Shown here: positions 1 through 8,489 of the stretch, piece after piece
How positions within the stretch are numbered: the first letter of the stretch is position 1
Layout: every line of letters starts with the position of its first letter
Source of the DNA: a virus
Lineage: Duplodnaviria; Caudoviricetes
DNA: 52,569 nucleotides
Virus record (IMG/VR): IMGVR_UViG_3300005573_000120
Location: 1-52,569 of that record
Reading direction: 5' to 3' (one strand)
Made by a program: the position numbers and the translations under genes
The notes under the pieces: generated by a model
Told to the model about the DNA's origin: nothing
The model's input: the letters and a program-made list of their open reading frames with translations, nothing else
Database searches by the model: none

Positions 1-1
1 T

Positions 2-106
2 GATGCAAGAATTATATATGATTACTATTATGATGATGCAGAATATTTTGCTAAACGGGTTGTTGAAGATGTGATTAAGAGCTTAAAGGGAAAGAGGATG
101 GTATAA
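2..106 (+). CDS. 3' end (partial) of acidic ~170-aa paralogue family protein
   Basis: Frame 2 reads DARIIYDYYYDDAEYFAKRVVEDVIKSLKGKRMV*, matching the C-terminus of 24647..25159 (DARIVYDYSYDDAEYEAKQIVKDVI). Confidence 0.8.
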   Translation, partial: DARIIYDYYYDDAEYFAKRVVEDVIKSLKGKRMV

Positions 107-107
107 T
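99..107 (+). promoter_or_regulatory. Extended -10 promoter candidate (TGgTATAAT)
   Basis: Perfect TGnTATAAT upstream of SD AAGGAGGT and ORF 135; no clear -35. Confidence 0.45.
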
Positions 108-134
108 AATTTTTAAAAAATAAGGAGGTAGATT

Positions 135-359
135 ATGGAAAACTCATCTGATTTATCATTTTTTAGTGATGAGGATTTGATTAGGATAGCAAAGGAAATG
201 GGGGTGGATATTTATGGTGATTGTAATAGGTTAGAGCTAGCCCGTAAGGTTTCTGATGATAATGTTGGTAGAATTGTTAAGTTTGCTCATCGTATTTGGA
301 GGGTTAAGAAGGAAGGGGAGAAGTATTATTTGGAGCGTTTGGAAGATGAGAATGTATGA
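135..359 (+). CDS. Hypothetical phage protein
   Basis: Strong SD (taaggaggt), 74 aa. Confidence 0.75.
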   Translation: MENSSDLSFFSDEDLIRIAKEMGVDIYGDCNRLELARKVSDDNVGRIVKFAHRIWRVKKEGEKYYLERLEDENV

Positions 360-470
360 TTTAAAATTGGAAGATAGAGATTTGAATGCATCGGTTAATA
401 TATTAACAGTTGTGGGGATTGGATAATGGTCTGGTCGGGAAAGCAAGAACTTCCAAAAAGGGGGACCCTG
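351..470 (+). repeat. Internally deleted copy of tnpB 3' end / omegaRNA-like region
   Basis: Matches 7480..7660 (gatttaaaattggaagatagagatt...tgaatgcatcggttaatatatta...atggtctggtcgg..aagcaagaac) with two internal deletions. Confidence 0.85.
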
Positions 471-1118
471 GAAGAAGAGTATTATGATGTTAAGTTGGCA
501 GAGTTAGATGATGCAATTTCCGAAATGGTAAAGGAAAAAAATAGAGCGATTGCTTTGATAGAAAGTGGCAAGGTGGATTTAGAGGGGTGTCCAGAGGGAC
601 AAATTCTAATTGAGGGGATTGGGGTTGAAAATTGGGAGGATTTATCTATGGAGGAAAAGATTGCAGAGGTTGCAGTTTTTTATGATGAAAGAGTAAGAGA
701 GTTGGAAACTGACTACGATAAATTGGTGAAAGAGAGGGAGAAGGAGTTAAAAAGGACAAGAATAAAGGAATACAAGGAAGCTCTAATAAATGATGCTGTT
801 GATGTTGTTAAAAAAGTTTTAGATGATTTGGGAATTGGTTATGAGATTAAAAAATCTCAACATAGCGAGAGTGTATATATCTATGTGGGCGATGTTTCAG
901 AAGAGTATATGGAATTTGACAAAAGTTACTATGTAAAATCTGGGGAAGGTGTGATTATAAGAATTTCTACTCATGAAAGAAGTCCTTTGTATGAAGGATT
1001 GCATCCATTAGATTTGAATTATGTGATAGATGATGAATTTGATGGCGACGAATTTGAGGAGAAACTGGTAACTGATTTGAATGAGTTGTTAAGCGAGATT
1101 GAAGAAGAGGAGGAATAA
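426..1118 (+). CDS. Acidic hypothetical protein (coiled coil plus C-terminal SxSxY...IRISTH domain); N-terminus derived from the tnpB remnant
   Basis: ORF track; begins MVWSGKQEL like 7620 (MVWSVKQEL). Confidence 0.7.
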   Translation: MVWSGKQELPKRGTLEEEYYDVKLAELDDAISEMVKEKNRAIALIESGKVDLEGCPEGQILIEGIGVENWEDLSMEEKIAEVAVFYDERVRELETDYDKLVKEREKELKRTRIKEYKEALINDAVDVVKKVLDDLGIGYEIKKSQHSESVYIYVGDVSEEYMEFDKSYYVKSGEGVIIRISTHERSPLYEGLHPLDLNYVIDDEFDGDEFEEKLVTDLNELLSEIEEEEE

Positions 1119-1120
1119 TT

Positions 1121-1807
1121 TTGGGGAATAAGTTTGAACAGGTTGTGGATAAAATTTTTTCCTTGTTTAAAAATGATGATATTGATAAAGTAGCTGAGTA
1201 TATTGAGAGATGGTATGGTAAAGATATAGCAGATTGGTTTAGAGATGCATCTTCTTATAAAAGAGTAGGGTTTGTAGAGAATGTAGTTAAGAGAGAAAAA
1301 CCTTGGAAGGAGAAGATTACTTTGGGAATGAAAAAGAAAAAAGGATTGGATGAATTTGGAAAGAATTATTGGAGGAGGTATTTAGAGGGAACTGGTTTGG
1401 ATGAGAATTTATTGAAGGTGGCTTATAGTGAAATAGAGGCTTTAATAGAAAAAGAGGATGAGTTATCTCCAGTTGAGCTTTATGCAGAGTATAAAAAATT
1501 GGGAGAGAAATATGCTGATAAAGGGGGATTGGACTTGGTTCGTAGATTGAGAGCGGATTTATTGAGAAAAATTTGTTGTAAAAATAATATAGCTTCTATT
1601 TTTGTAAGAAGGACTCATAAGGTTGATAATTTTGCTAATCAAAGGGATTTGAGGAGTTGTTATCATATTATTGGTGATGATTTAGGTATTTTTCATTTTG
1701 AGAATCCGTCTGAGTTTAATAGGGTTAAGAGTTTTTTAGATGAATTTGAGGCTGATTATTCAGTTCCAGATTCTTGGAATAGTGGTAAGAAAGAGATGGT
1801 AAAATAA
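1121..1807 (+). CDS. Hypothetical protein, possible internal head protein
   Basis: TTG start with gaggagg SD; operonic. Confidence 0.7.
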   Translation: MGNKFEQVVDKIFSLFKNDDIDKVAEYIERWYGKDIADWFRDASSYKRVGFVENVVKREKPWKEKITLGMKKKKGLDEFGKNYWRRYLEGTGLDENLLKVAYSEIEALIEKEDELSPVELYAEYKKLGEKYADKGGLDLVRRLRADLLRKICCKNNIASIFVRRTHKVDNFANQRDLRSCYHIIGDDLGIFHFENPSEFNRVKSFLDEFEADYSVPDSWNSGKKEMVK

Positions 1808-1826
1808 ATTTGAAGGAGGTAGGAAA

Positions 1827-2951
1827 ATGTTTCCTGGGATTGATTTTTTAAGAAGATTAGAGAATGATATAGTTGCTAGTGATAATATAAGTTTTGATGA
1901 GTTAGATTTTCCGATTATCAAAGCTGGTGAATTTTATAGGATAGCTTGTGATGAGGTTAAGAATAGAGATTTTTTGGCAGTTTTAAAGAAGAGGAGTGAA
2001 GATGACCCAAGTAGTTATTGGACTTTTTCTGATTTTAAAAGGTTAGCTGATTATATTAGGAATTATTCAGATGCTGATTCTGTTTTGGATTTTATTAAAG
2101 ATGTATTAAATAAGGTGATTGGTGATTTAGAATGGAAATCTCTTGTAAGAATAGCTAAGGGTGTAAAATCTCTTGATGATTTTATAGATGCTTGTAGAGG
2201 TTTGAGGATATTAGGTTCGGATGCTTCAAGTAATGCTGTTAGAAAAATTTTTACTGATTTAGTAAAGAGATATTCTGGAAAGGATTATAGTTTGGATTTA
2301 AATGTGCTTGATATTAGGGATGTTAAGTCCAGTGTAGAAAATGTTATTGTTAATAAGTTAGATAAATTTGCAAAAGTGGAAGATATAAAGAATAGGTTAA
2401 GAGGTAAGAAGATAGAGAGGCAGGCTAAGATAGAAGAAATTATTGGTAAGATAAGTAAAATTCCAGATGATAGTGGATGGGTTAGATATTTAGTTTCAAA
2501 GTATAATGATGGTGGTTTGGATTGGGATAATTTGCAGAGAGAGCTTTTGAATAAAACTTCTGGAAAGGTTAGAGATGAAATTTTTAGTATTATAAAGGCT
2601 TCTGGTTTTAAAAAAAGAAGGGTTCCAAATAATAATATAATTCGTAAGATTGAGGATTATGGAGTAAAGGAAGGTAAGATTAGAGTTAAAGGTGATAAGG
2701 AAGATAAAGATAAGAAGGATAAAGGTAAGGAAAATAAAAAGAGTGATGAGGATGGTTCTCTGATGTCTGATTATGTTACTGAAGGTTATGCTGTGAGAAT
2801 TGAAGGAAATCCTGCTAGTCCTTATTATGGAAAGGTTGGTATTGTAGAATGGGTAAAGGATGATGGTTGGGTAGGAATAAATTTGAGGAATGGAGATTAT
2901 GTGGAAAGGTGGATTGAGGATGTTGTTCCTGTTACAAAAAAATTATATTAA
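1827..2951 (+). CDS. Hypothetical protein with possible C-terminal SH3/KOW-like beta domain
   Basis: SD aaggaggt; C-terminal GYAVRI...YYGKVGIVEWV after a lysine-rich linker. Confidence 0.7.
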   Translation: MFPGIDFLRRLENDIVASDNISFDELDFPIIKAGEFYRIACDEVKNRDFLAVLKKRSEDDPSSYWTFSDFKRLADYIRNYSDADSVLDFIKDVLNKVIGDLEWKSLVRIAKGVKSLDDFIDACRGLRILGSDASSNAVRKIFTDLVKRYSGKDYSLDLNVLDIRDVKSSVENVIVNKLDKFAKVEDIKNRLRGKKIERQAKIEEIIGKISKIPDDSGWVRYLVSKYNDGGLDWDNLQRELLNKTSGKVRDEIFSIIKASGFKKRRVPNNNIIRKIEDYGVKEGKIRVKGDKEDKDKKDKGKENKKSDEDGSLMSDYVTEGYAVRIEGNPASPYYGKVGIVEWVKDDGWVGINLRNGDYVERWIEDVVPVTKKLY

Positions 2952-2954
2952 TTC

Positions 2955-3027
2955 TTTAATGGAGGGACGCCGAGATATAATCCCACCTCCCCTCCTTTCT
3001 GTTTTAATTTCGGCGTCTCTCCTTAAA
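2955..3027 (+). promoter_or_regulatory. Long stem-loop with anti-Shine-Dalgarno-like loop
   Basis: ggagggacgccgag (2961-2974) pairs with ttcggcgtctctcc (3009-3022); loop contains cccacctcccctcctttct. Confidence 0.6.
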
Positions 3028-3053
3028 AATAAGGGATTTTTAAAAGGTGGTGG

Positions 3054-4217
3054 ATGATGCAGTATATAGGTAAAGAATTTCGTTTAGACCTTATTGGAAG
3101 GGATAAGATTTTGTCTTATTTTTCTGGTTTTGATTTATCTGGTTTTATCACTGATTTTAAAGTGTTGCAGTATCGTATGTTAGATAATAGTAAGGGAGTG
3201 GTGACTTATAGTATAAAGTTGAGAGGTTATACTGGTGGTAATGTTGATATTGAGATACCAGTTATGTTTGATATAGAGGTTGGTGAAGTTCAGCGTCCTG
3301 TGATAGGTTATATAAATGGTAATGTTATTTTGTTGAGTGAGGGTGTTTTAAATAGTTTATTAGATAGTTTTAATCTTAAAAGAAAATTTTATCCTGGGTG
3401 GATTTCTTTTAATTATGCTATTAGTGATAAAGATTATAATATTTATAATGATTGGAATAAGTATAGGGTAGCTTCTTTAGAGGATTTAGAGGATAATGAT
3501 TTAATGTCAGCTTTAAATGGTTATTTTTTATGTCTTGGTGCTAGTAAGGATACTTTATTGAATGTTATTAGAGATAGGGCTAGTTATCTTTGTAGGGATG
3601 GGGTTTCTTATGATGATGCAAGTGTGTATATGGTTGGTTCTTATTTAGGTGGGAATGTTGATTTTTTTGATATTAAAAAGGTTGTGAATGATGTTTATAA
3701 TTTTTCTAAAAGGTATGCGCAGGGTGAATTAGAGATACCAGAGTATTATGAGAGGATAGAGTTTCCAGAGATTGCTGATTTATTAGATGTTATTAAGTTA
3801 TATCATGTAATTAGGTTTGCTTATAGAAAATTAAATGGTGAATATACTACTCGGGTTGTTGAACCTCACTATTTATGGTATACCAATAAGGGGAATGTGA
3901 TTTTGATAGGTTGGGATTATTCAAGAGGGGATTGGAGGGCTTTTGATTTGAATCGTATTAGGGATGTGGATGTTATGTATTTAGGGGATTGGATAGAGTT
4001 AGGAAAATTTTTAGCAATGGTTCAGTCTTATGGTAAAGTTCCTGATGATTATAGGGATGTTTTTAAGCCTCGTGGTCCTTATCATGATTTTGTAGTGAAT
4101 GTTAGGGGTAGTTTAAATAATTTGAGGGATAGGACTAAGCCTGTTTTATCTATTATGATAGATAAAATTGGGAAAGTAATTGATGAGAGAATAAAGAAGG
4201 ATTTGTGTGATGGCTGA
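3054..4217 (+). CDS. Protein with C-terminal WYL domain
   Basis: IRFAYRKLNGEYTTRVVEPHYLW...LIGWDYSRGDWRAFDLNRI is the WYL-domain pattern. Confidence 0.8.
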   Translation: MMQYIGKEFRLDLIGRDKILSYFSGFDLSGFITDFKVLQYRMLDNSKGVVTYSIKLRGYTGGNVDIEIPVMFDIEVGEVQRPVIGYINGNVILLSEGVLNSLLDSFNLKRKFYPGWISFNYAISDKDYNIYNDWNKYRVASLEDLEDNDLMSALNGYFLCLGASKDTLLNVIRDRASYLCRDGVSYDDASVYMVGSYLGGNVDFFDIKKVVNDVYNFSKRYAQGELEIPEYYERIEFPEIADLLDVIKLYHVIRFAYRKLNGEYTTRVVEPHYLWYTNKGNVILIGWDYSRGDWRAFDLNRIRDVDVMYLGDWIELGKFLAMVQSYGKVPDDYRDVFKPRGPYHDFVVNVRGSLNNLRDRTKPVLSIMIDKIGKVIDERIKKDLCDG

Positions 4218-5538
4218 TAAAAGAAAAATATTAGTAGTTGATACTGGGTTAGCTTTGGATGTTGTGAGGAAATTAGCACAGGAAGGGAATGAGGTTTATT
4301 ATTTTGAGAATTGGATTAAGGCTCATCCTGAGCAGGAGGACTTATCTTATGGTGAAGGTTTGTTTGAGGAATGGGGTGTTAATAGGGTTGACAATTTTTG
4401 GCATTTGGTTGATGATGTTGATATGGTGTTATTTACGGATATAGGTTGGGGAGATGATATAGATTTTCTTCGTAGGGAGGGTTGTGTTGTTTTTGGTGCT
4501 GGTAAAGAGGGTGAGGAATTGGAGAATGATAGGGTTTTTGCGAAGTCTATTTGTAAGGAGTGTGGGTTAGATGTTCCTGAAACTTATAGTATGAACCCAG
4601 ATGAGGCTATAGATTTTGTAAATAATGAGGATAGGGAGTTTGTTTTGAAGTTTTCAAAGGTGAGAACTGATTTATTATCTACTTATTTGCCAGTTTGTAA
4701 AGAGGATTGTTTATGGTATTTAAATAAAGTGAAAGAGTTAGATTCTAATGTTGAGGTTATTTTAGAGGAGAGGATAGAGGGTGTGGAGTGTGCTATTTCT
4801 GGATTTTTTAATGGTTATGAGTTTGTGGAGCCTTATTTGATAAATTTTGAGCATAAGAAGCTTATGGATGGTGAAGTTGGTCCGAATACTGGTGAGATGG
4901 GCAATTGTGCGATTTATACTTATAATTCTGATTTGCCTTTTGTTAAGTATTTTAATAATTTATCTGGTTATTTAAAGGATATAGGTTATAGGGGTATAAT
5001 AGATATAGATTGTATGTGTAATGAGGATGGTTTTTATGTTTTGGAATTTACTTGTAGATTTGGTTATCCTATGATTATGATTCAGAGCGTTTTGCATAAG
5101 GATAATTTAGGTGATATATTATTTGGGGTAGCAACTGGAGAGATAGATAGATTTGAAGCTTATGATAATTTATGGGTGGTTGGAGTTTGTCTAAATATAG
5201 CTGGTTATCCTTTTGATGATGTTGTTAAGAAGTCTGGGTTTGTAAAGATATTTGGTTTAGAAGAGGCGTTAGAGAATGGTTATAAGATAGGTTTTCAGGC
5301 GTTGTGTAAGAAGGAAGATGGCTATTATTCTGTGCCTGGTCATGGGAGGGTTTTAGTTATAAATGGGACTGGTGATGATATATCGTCTGCAAGAGGTAAT
5401 GCTTATGGAGCTTTAGATTATATAGGTTTTTCAGATATGATGTATAGATTAGACATAGGTTTAAAAGTAGAGAAAAGGTTAGATAACTTAGTAGAATGGG
5501 GAGTGATAGATGATAAAAAAAGCGGAATTAAGTATTGA
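4207..5538 (+). CDS. PurD (phosphoribosylamine-glycine ligase)-like ATP-grasp ligase
   Basis: LENDRVFAK, ILEERIEGVE, EHKKLMDGEVGPNTGEMG, LEFTCRFGYP, GRVL, YRLDIG motifs. Confidence 0.85.
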   Translation: MMADKRKILVVDTGLALDVVRKLAQEGNEVYYFENWIKAHPEQEDLSYGEGLFEEWGVNRVDNFWHLVDDVDMVLFTDIGWGDDIDFLRREGCVVFGAGKEGEELENDRVFAKSICKECGLDVPETYSMNPDEAIDFVNNEDREFVLKFSKVRTDLLSTYLPVCKEDCLWYLNKVKELDSNVEVILEERIEGVECAISGFFNGYEFVEPYLINFEHKKLMDGEVGPNTGEMGNCAIYTYNSDLPFVKYFNNLSGYLKDIGYRGIIDIDCMCNEDGFYVLEFTCRFGYPMIMIQSVLHKDNLGDILFGVATGEIDRFEAYDNLWVVGVCLNIAGYPFDDVVKKSGFVKIFGLEEALENGYKIGFQALCKKEDGYYSVPGHGRVLVINGTGDDISSARGNAYGALDYIGFSDMMYRLDIGLKVEKRLDNLVEWGVIDDKKSGIKY

Positions 5539-5824
5539 TGCAGTTGGTGATAAAATAGATTTTTTTGAAGAGTTTAGGATGATGGTAGATGATAGTGTTA
5601 TAGATATATTAGCTATTTTGGGTGATATAATGATGGTTATGGACTCATTAGATGATGGTGAGATAGATCAAGATGATAGGAATAGATTTTTTGATTTGCT
5701 TAGTTCGTCTAGAAGTGAGTTGAAGAGGATAAAAGATATGTTGAATAAAATTGGAGATGAAATGATTTTTAATTTAGAGGATTTAGATGATTTGATTGAT
5801 GATTTAGAGGGTGAATTGCATTGA
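5510..5824 (+). CDS. Small acidic helical hypothetical protein
   Basis: ORF track; overlaps upstream gene, SD ggggag. Confidence 0.7.
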   Translation: MIKKAELSIDAVGDKIDFFEEFRMMVDDSVIDILAILGDIMMVMDSLDDGEIDQDDRNRFFDLLSSSRSELKRIKDMLNKIGDEMIFNLEDLDDLIDDLEGELH

Positions 5825-5843
5825 AAAAGGAGGTTAATGCTAT

Positions 5844-6458
5844 ATGGTTGATGGAAGACAGAAAAGAGGTTTATCAGATTTTCCTTATGTTCATCAGATA
5901 GAGGATATAATAGAGAGGGAGAGTAAGGAGACTGATGTAGGTGGGGAGGCTTTTGTTCGTCGTTTTCGTGATAGAGGTGCGGAGTGGTGGCGTAAGTTAT
6001 TAAATTGGTTATCTTATCAGGGGAGAGATGATTTGGTTTATGAGATTCAGACTGCTTTAAAGCTCCCAGAGTTTAGGATAGCTCGTTTGAAGTTTGCTCA
6101 GGATGTAATGGATAAGGTTCGTAGTGGTTTGAATGAGCGGGGTATAAGTGATGAGGAAGTTGTCTCTGTATATCGTGATATAGGGGCGAAGATTATAGAT
6201 ATTGTTTCTAAGATTGAGGGATTTATAAATGATTTAGAAGGTTTTGTAAGTGAGTTAAAATTTCCAGTTTTGGTGGATACTTATAATGATGCTATTGCTA
6301 TTTTAAATGATTTATTAGAGGGATTAAAAATATATGAGGAGTTATCTGGTTGTGATACTATTGAGGATATAGTTTCAGTTTTGGTGGTTGAATATCCAGA
6401 TTTAGAACCATTGGATTTAATTTTAGAGGATTTAATTAGCACCAAATTATCAACCTGA
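5844..6458 (+). CDS. Hypothetical protein; last residues come from a duplicated methyltransferase 3' segment
   Basis: SD aaggaggt; 3' end lies in repeat 6425..6472. Confidence 0.7.
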   Translation: MVDGRQKRGLSDFPYVHQIEDIIERESKETDVGGEAFVRRFRDRGAEWWRKLLNWLSYQGRDDLVYEIQTALKLPEFRIARLKFAQDVMDKVRSGLNERGISDEEVVSVYRDIGAKIIDIVSKIEGFINDLEGFVSELKFPVLVDTYNDAIAILNDLLEGLKIYEELSGCDTIEDIVSVLVVEYPDLEPLDLILEDLISTKLST

Positions 6459-6472
6459 ATTAGATTATTTAG
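6425..6472 (+). repeat. 48-bp direct repeat, copy 1 (copy 2 at 9658..9705)
   Basis: agaggatt[t/g]aattagcaccaaattatcaacctgaattagattatttag, 47/48 identical. Confidence 0.9.
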
Positions 6473-6486
6473 GAAAGAGATAAAAT

Positions 6487-7635
6487 ATGGAACTAATAAG
6501 AGCATATAAGTATAGGTTATATCCTACTAAGAAACAGCTAAGACTATTAGAATATAATTTATACTTATGTCAACAATTGTATAATTTAGCATTAGAGCAG
6601 AGGATAAGAGCTTATAGAATGAATGATAAGAAGAGCTTGAGTTATTATGACCAGTGCTATGAATTACCGAATTTTAAGAAGGAATATCCAGAATTTAATC
6701 AGGTGCATAGTCAAGTTTTATGTGATGTTTTACATAGAGTAGATAGGTCATTTCAGAACTTTTTTGATAGACTTAAAGAAAAAGGTAAGAAAGCTGGATT
6801 TCCGAGATTTAGGTCTTTGAATAGGTATAAGAGTTTCACTTATCCTCAATATATGAGTATTAGGATTGAGAATAAAAGAGTTAGATTACCTAAGATAGGA
6901 TGTATTAAAATAAAGTTAACAAGAGATATAGAAGGTAAGATTAAGACCTGTATGGTTAAGAGAGAAGTAGATAGGTGGTATATAATTTTTACTGCCATAA
7001 AAGAGGTGGAAATTAAGAAAAGGGAAAGAGATAGAGAGGTAGGTATAGATGTAGGGTTAAAGAATTTTATTACTTTAAGTAATGGAATTAAGATAGAAAA
7101 TCCGAGATATTTACAAAAATCAGAGGAGAAATTGAAGATAAGGCATAGAAAGTTGTCAAGGAAGATTAAGGGTTCAAAGAATAGGAATAAAGCTGTAATG
7201 ATATTGGCTAAAACTTATAGAAAAATAAGGGATCAGAGAGAGGATTTCTTGCATAAATTAAGCAGGAATATTGTTGATAACTATGATAAGATATATGTAG
7301 AAGATTTAAATATAGATGGTATGACTAAGAATCATAAATTATCAAAAGGTATATATGATGCTTCTTGGATTGATTTTCTTTCTAAGTTAGAATACAAAGC
7401 GGAAGAGGCTGGTGTTCCGATTAGAAAGATACCTATGTTTTGTCCGAGTTCAAAGAGATGTTCTGTATGTGGATATATAAATGTAGATTTAAAATTGGAA
7501 GATAGAGATTGGATATGTCCTGAATGTAAGAGTATGTTAGATAGGGATTTGAATGCATCGGTTAATATATTATTAGTAGGTAGAGGAGCTACCGAATCTA
7601 CGCTTGTGGAGATTGGGCAATGGTCTGGTCGGTGA
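6487..7635 (+). CDS. tnpB: IS200/IS605-family RNA-guided endonuclease TnpB (no tnpA nearby)
   Basis: AYKYRLYPT N-terminus, GFPRF, RuvC-I GIDVG, RuvC-II VEDL, CSVCG/CPEC zinc finger, RuvC-III DRDLNASVNI; D-E-D triad intact. Confidence 0.95.
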   Translation: MELIRAYKYRLYPTKKQLRLLEYNLYLCQQLYNLALEQRIRAYRMNDKKSLSYYDQCYELPNFKKEYPEFNQVHSQVLCDVLHRVDRSFQNFFDRLKEKGKKAGFPRFRSLNRYKSFTYPQYMSIRIENKRVRLPKIGCIKIKLTRDIEGKIKTCMVKREVDRWYIIFTAIKEVEIKKRERDREVGIDVGLKNFITLSNGIKIENPRYLQKSEEKLKIRHRKLSRKIKGSKNRNKAVMILAKTYRKIRDQREDFLHKLSRNIVDNYDKIYVEDLNIDGMTKNHKLSKGIYDASWIDFLSKLEYKAEEAGVPIRKIPMFCPSSKRCSVCGYINVDLKLEDRDWICPECKSMLDRDLNASVNILLVGRGATESTLVEIGQWSGR

Positions 7636-7670
7636 AGCAAGAACTCTCAAATGGGAGACTCCGAAAGGAG
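7568..7670 (+). ncRNA. Predicted TnpB omegaRNA (reRNA) scaffold and guide region
   Basis: Overlaps tnpB 3' end as known for TnpB; stems ggtag/ctacc, cttg/caag, ctctc/gggag, ctcc-gaaa-ggag; boundaries approximate. Confidence 0.65.
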
Positions 7671-8030
7671 GTAAGAAAAATGATTAAAGGAGGATTAAGA
7701 AAAATGATTAAAGGAGGATTAAGAAAAAATGGGTTAAGAAAAATGGGATGGAGCGATGAATATAGTATGGAGTTTGATTATCAATTAGAGTATGCACCTA
7801 TAATACTTGAGTTTGAAGGTGCTTATGTGTCTCCTGAGAGGGCTACTTTTGATTATCCTGGTCAGCCAGCTATGGTTGAGGATTTTAAAATTAGAATAGT
7901 TGGCATTGAAAATAATGGAGTATTTGTGAAAACTTCTATTGATGTTCCTCGGGATTTTTTTACGGATGAGGAATTAAGCATGTTTAAAGATATATTTATT
8001 GAGTATGTTGAAGACCTTAAAAAAAGATAA
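7620..8030 (+). CDS. Hypothetical acidic protein (real start probably one of the SD-preceded ATGs at 7680/7704)
   Basis: ORF track; repeated aaggagg + ATG units. Confidence 0.65.
   Translation: MVWSVKQELSNGRLRKEVRKMIKGGLRKMIKGGLRKNGLRKMGWSDEYSMEFDYQLEYAPIILEFEGAYVSPERATFDYPGQPAMVEDFKIRIVGIENNGVFVKTSIDVPRDFFTDEELSMFKDIFIEYVEDLKKR
7672..7748 (+). repeat. Tandem repeat of 24-bp unit taagaaaaatgattaaaggaggat (2 full copies plus 2 degenerate)
   Basis: Directly visible; encodes RKMIKGGL x2. Confidence 0.9.
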
Positions 8031-8043
8031 TTAGTTTTAAAAG

Positions 8044-8445
8044 GTGGATAAAGTGGACAAGGATATGAACTATTATCTTGATCTTCCTTGGGAGATTAAA
8101 CTTAAAAGAATCCCAGAAGAAAGAGGAGGTGGTTGGGTAGCTTCAATACCCGTGCTAGGTGAATATCGGTGTCTGGGTGACGGAAAAACAAAAAAAGAAG
8201 CGTTAAAAAATTTAGACCGAATGTTAAAGAATGTGATAAAAGAAAGTATTGAGGCAGGATTAGAAATTCCCGAACCGACGGAAGAGGAAGATAAGGAAGA
8301 AGAATATAGTGGTAGAATTTTGCTCAGAATCCCTAGCTTCCTTCATTTTCTTCTGGCTAAACAGGCGGAAAAAAATGGGATGAGCCTGAATAGTTATTTA
8401 ATTCATCTTCTCTTCTTGAATTATCTGATTGATAAAATTGAGTGA
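8044..8445 (+). CDS. hicB: HicB-family antitoxin (orphan)
   Basis: GGWVASIPVL...GDGKTKKEALKNL...GLEIPEP domain plus RHH YSGRILLRIPSFLH...AEKNGMSLN. Confidence 0.88.
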   Translation: MDKVDKDMNYYLDLPWEIKLKRIPEERGGGWVASIPVLGEYRCLGDGKTKKEALKNLDRMLKNVIKESIEAGLEIPEPTEEEDKEEEYSGRILLRIPSFLHFLLAKQAEKNGMSLNSYLIHLLFLNYLIDKIE

Positions 8446-8489
8446 GAATTTTTTTAGATTTAAATTTTTAGATAGATAAGGATGTAGCG

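Noticed and set aside
6473-7670. Autonomous IS200/IS605 element
   Set aside because: No tnpA and only 14 bp between the flank repeat and the ATG, so no left-end hairpin is recognisable
7672-7748. CRISPR mini-array next to TnpB (Cas12f-like system)
   Set aside because: Repeats are contiguous with no spacers and encode an in-frame peptide
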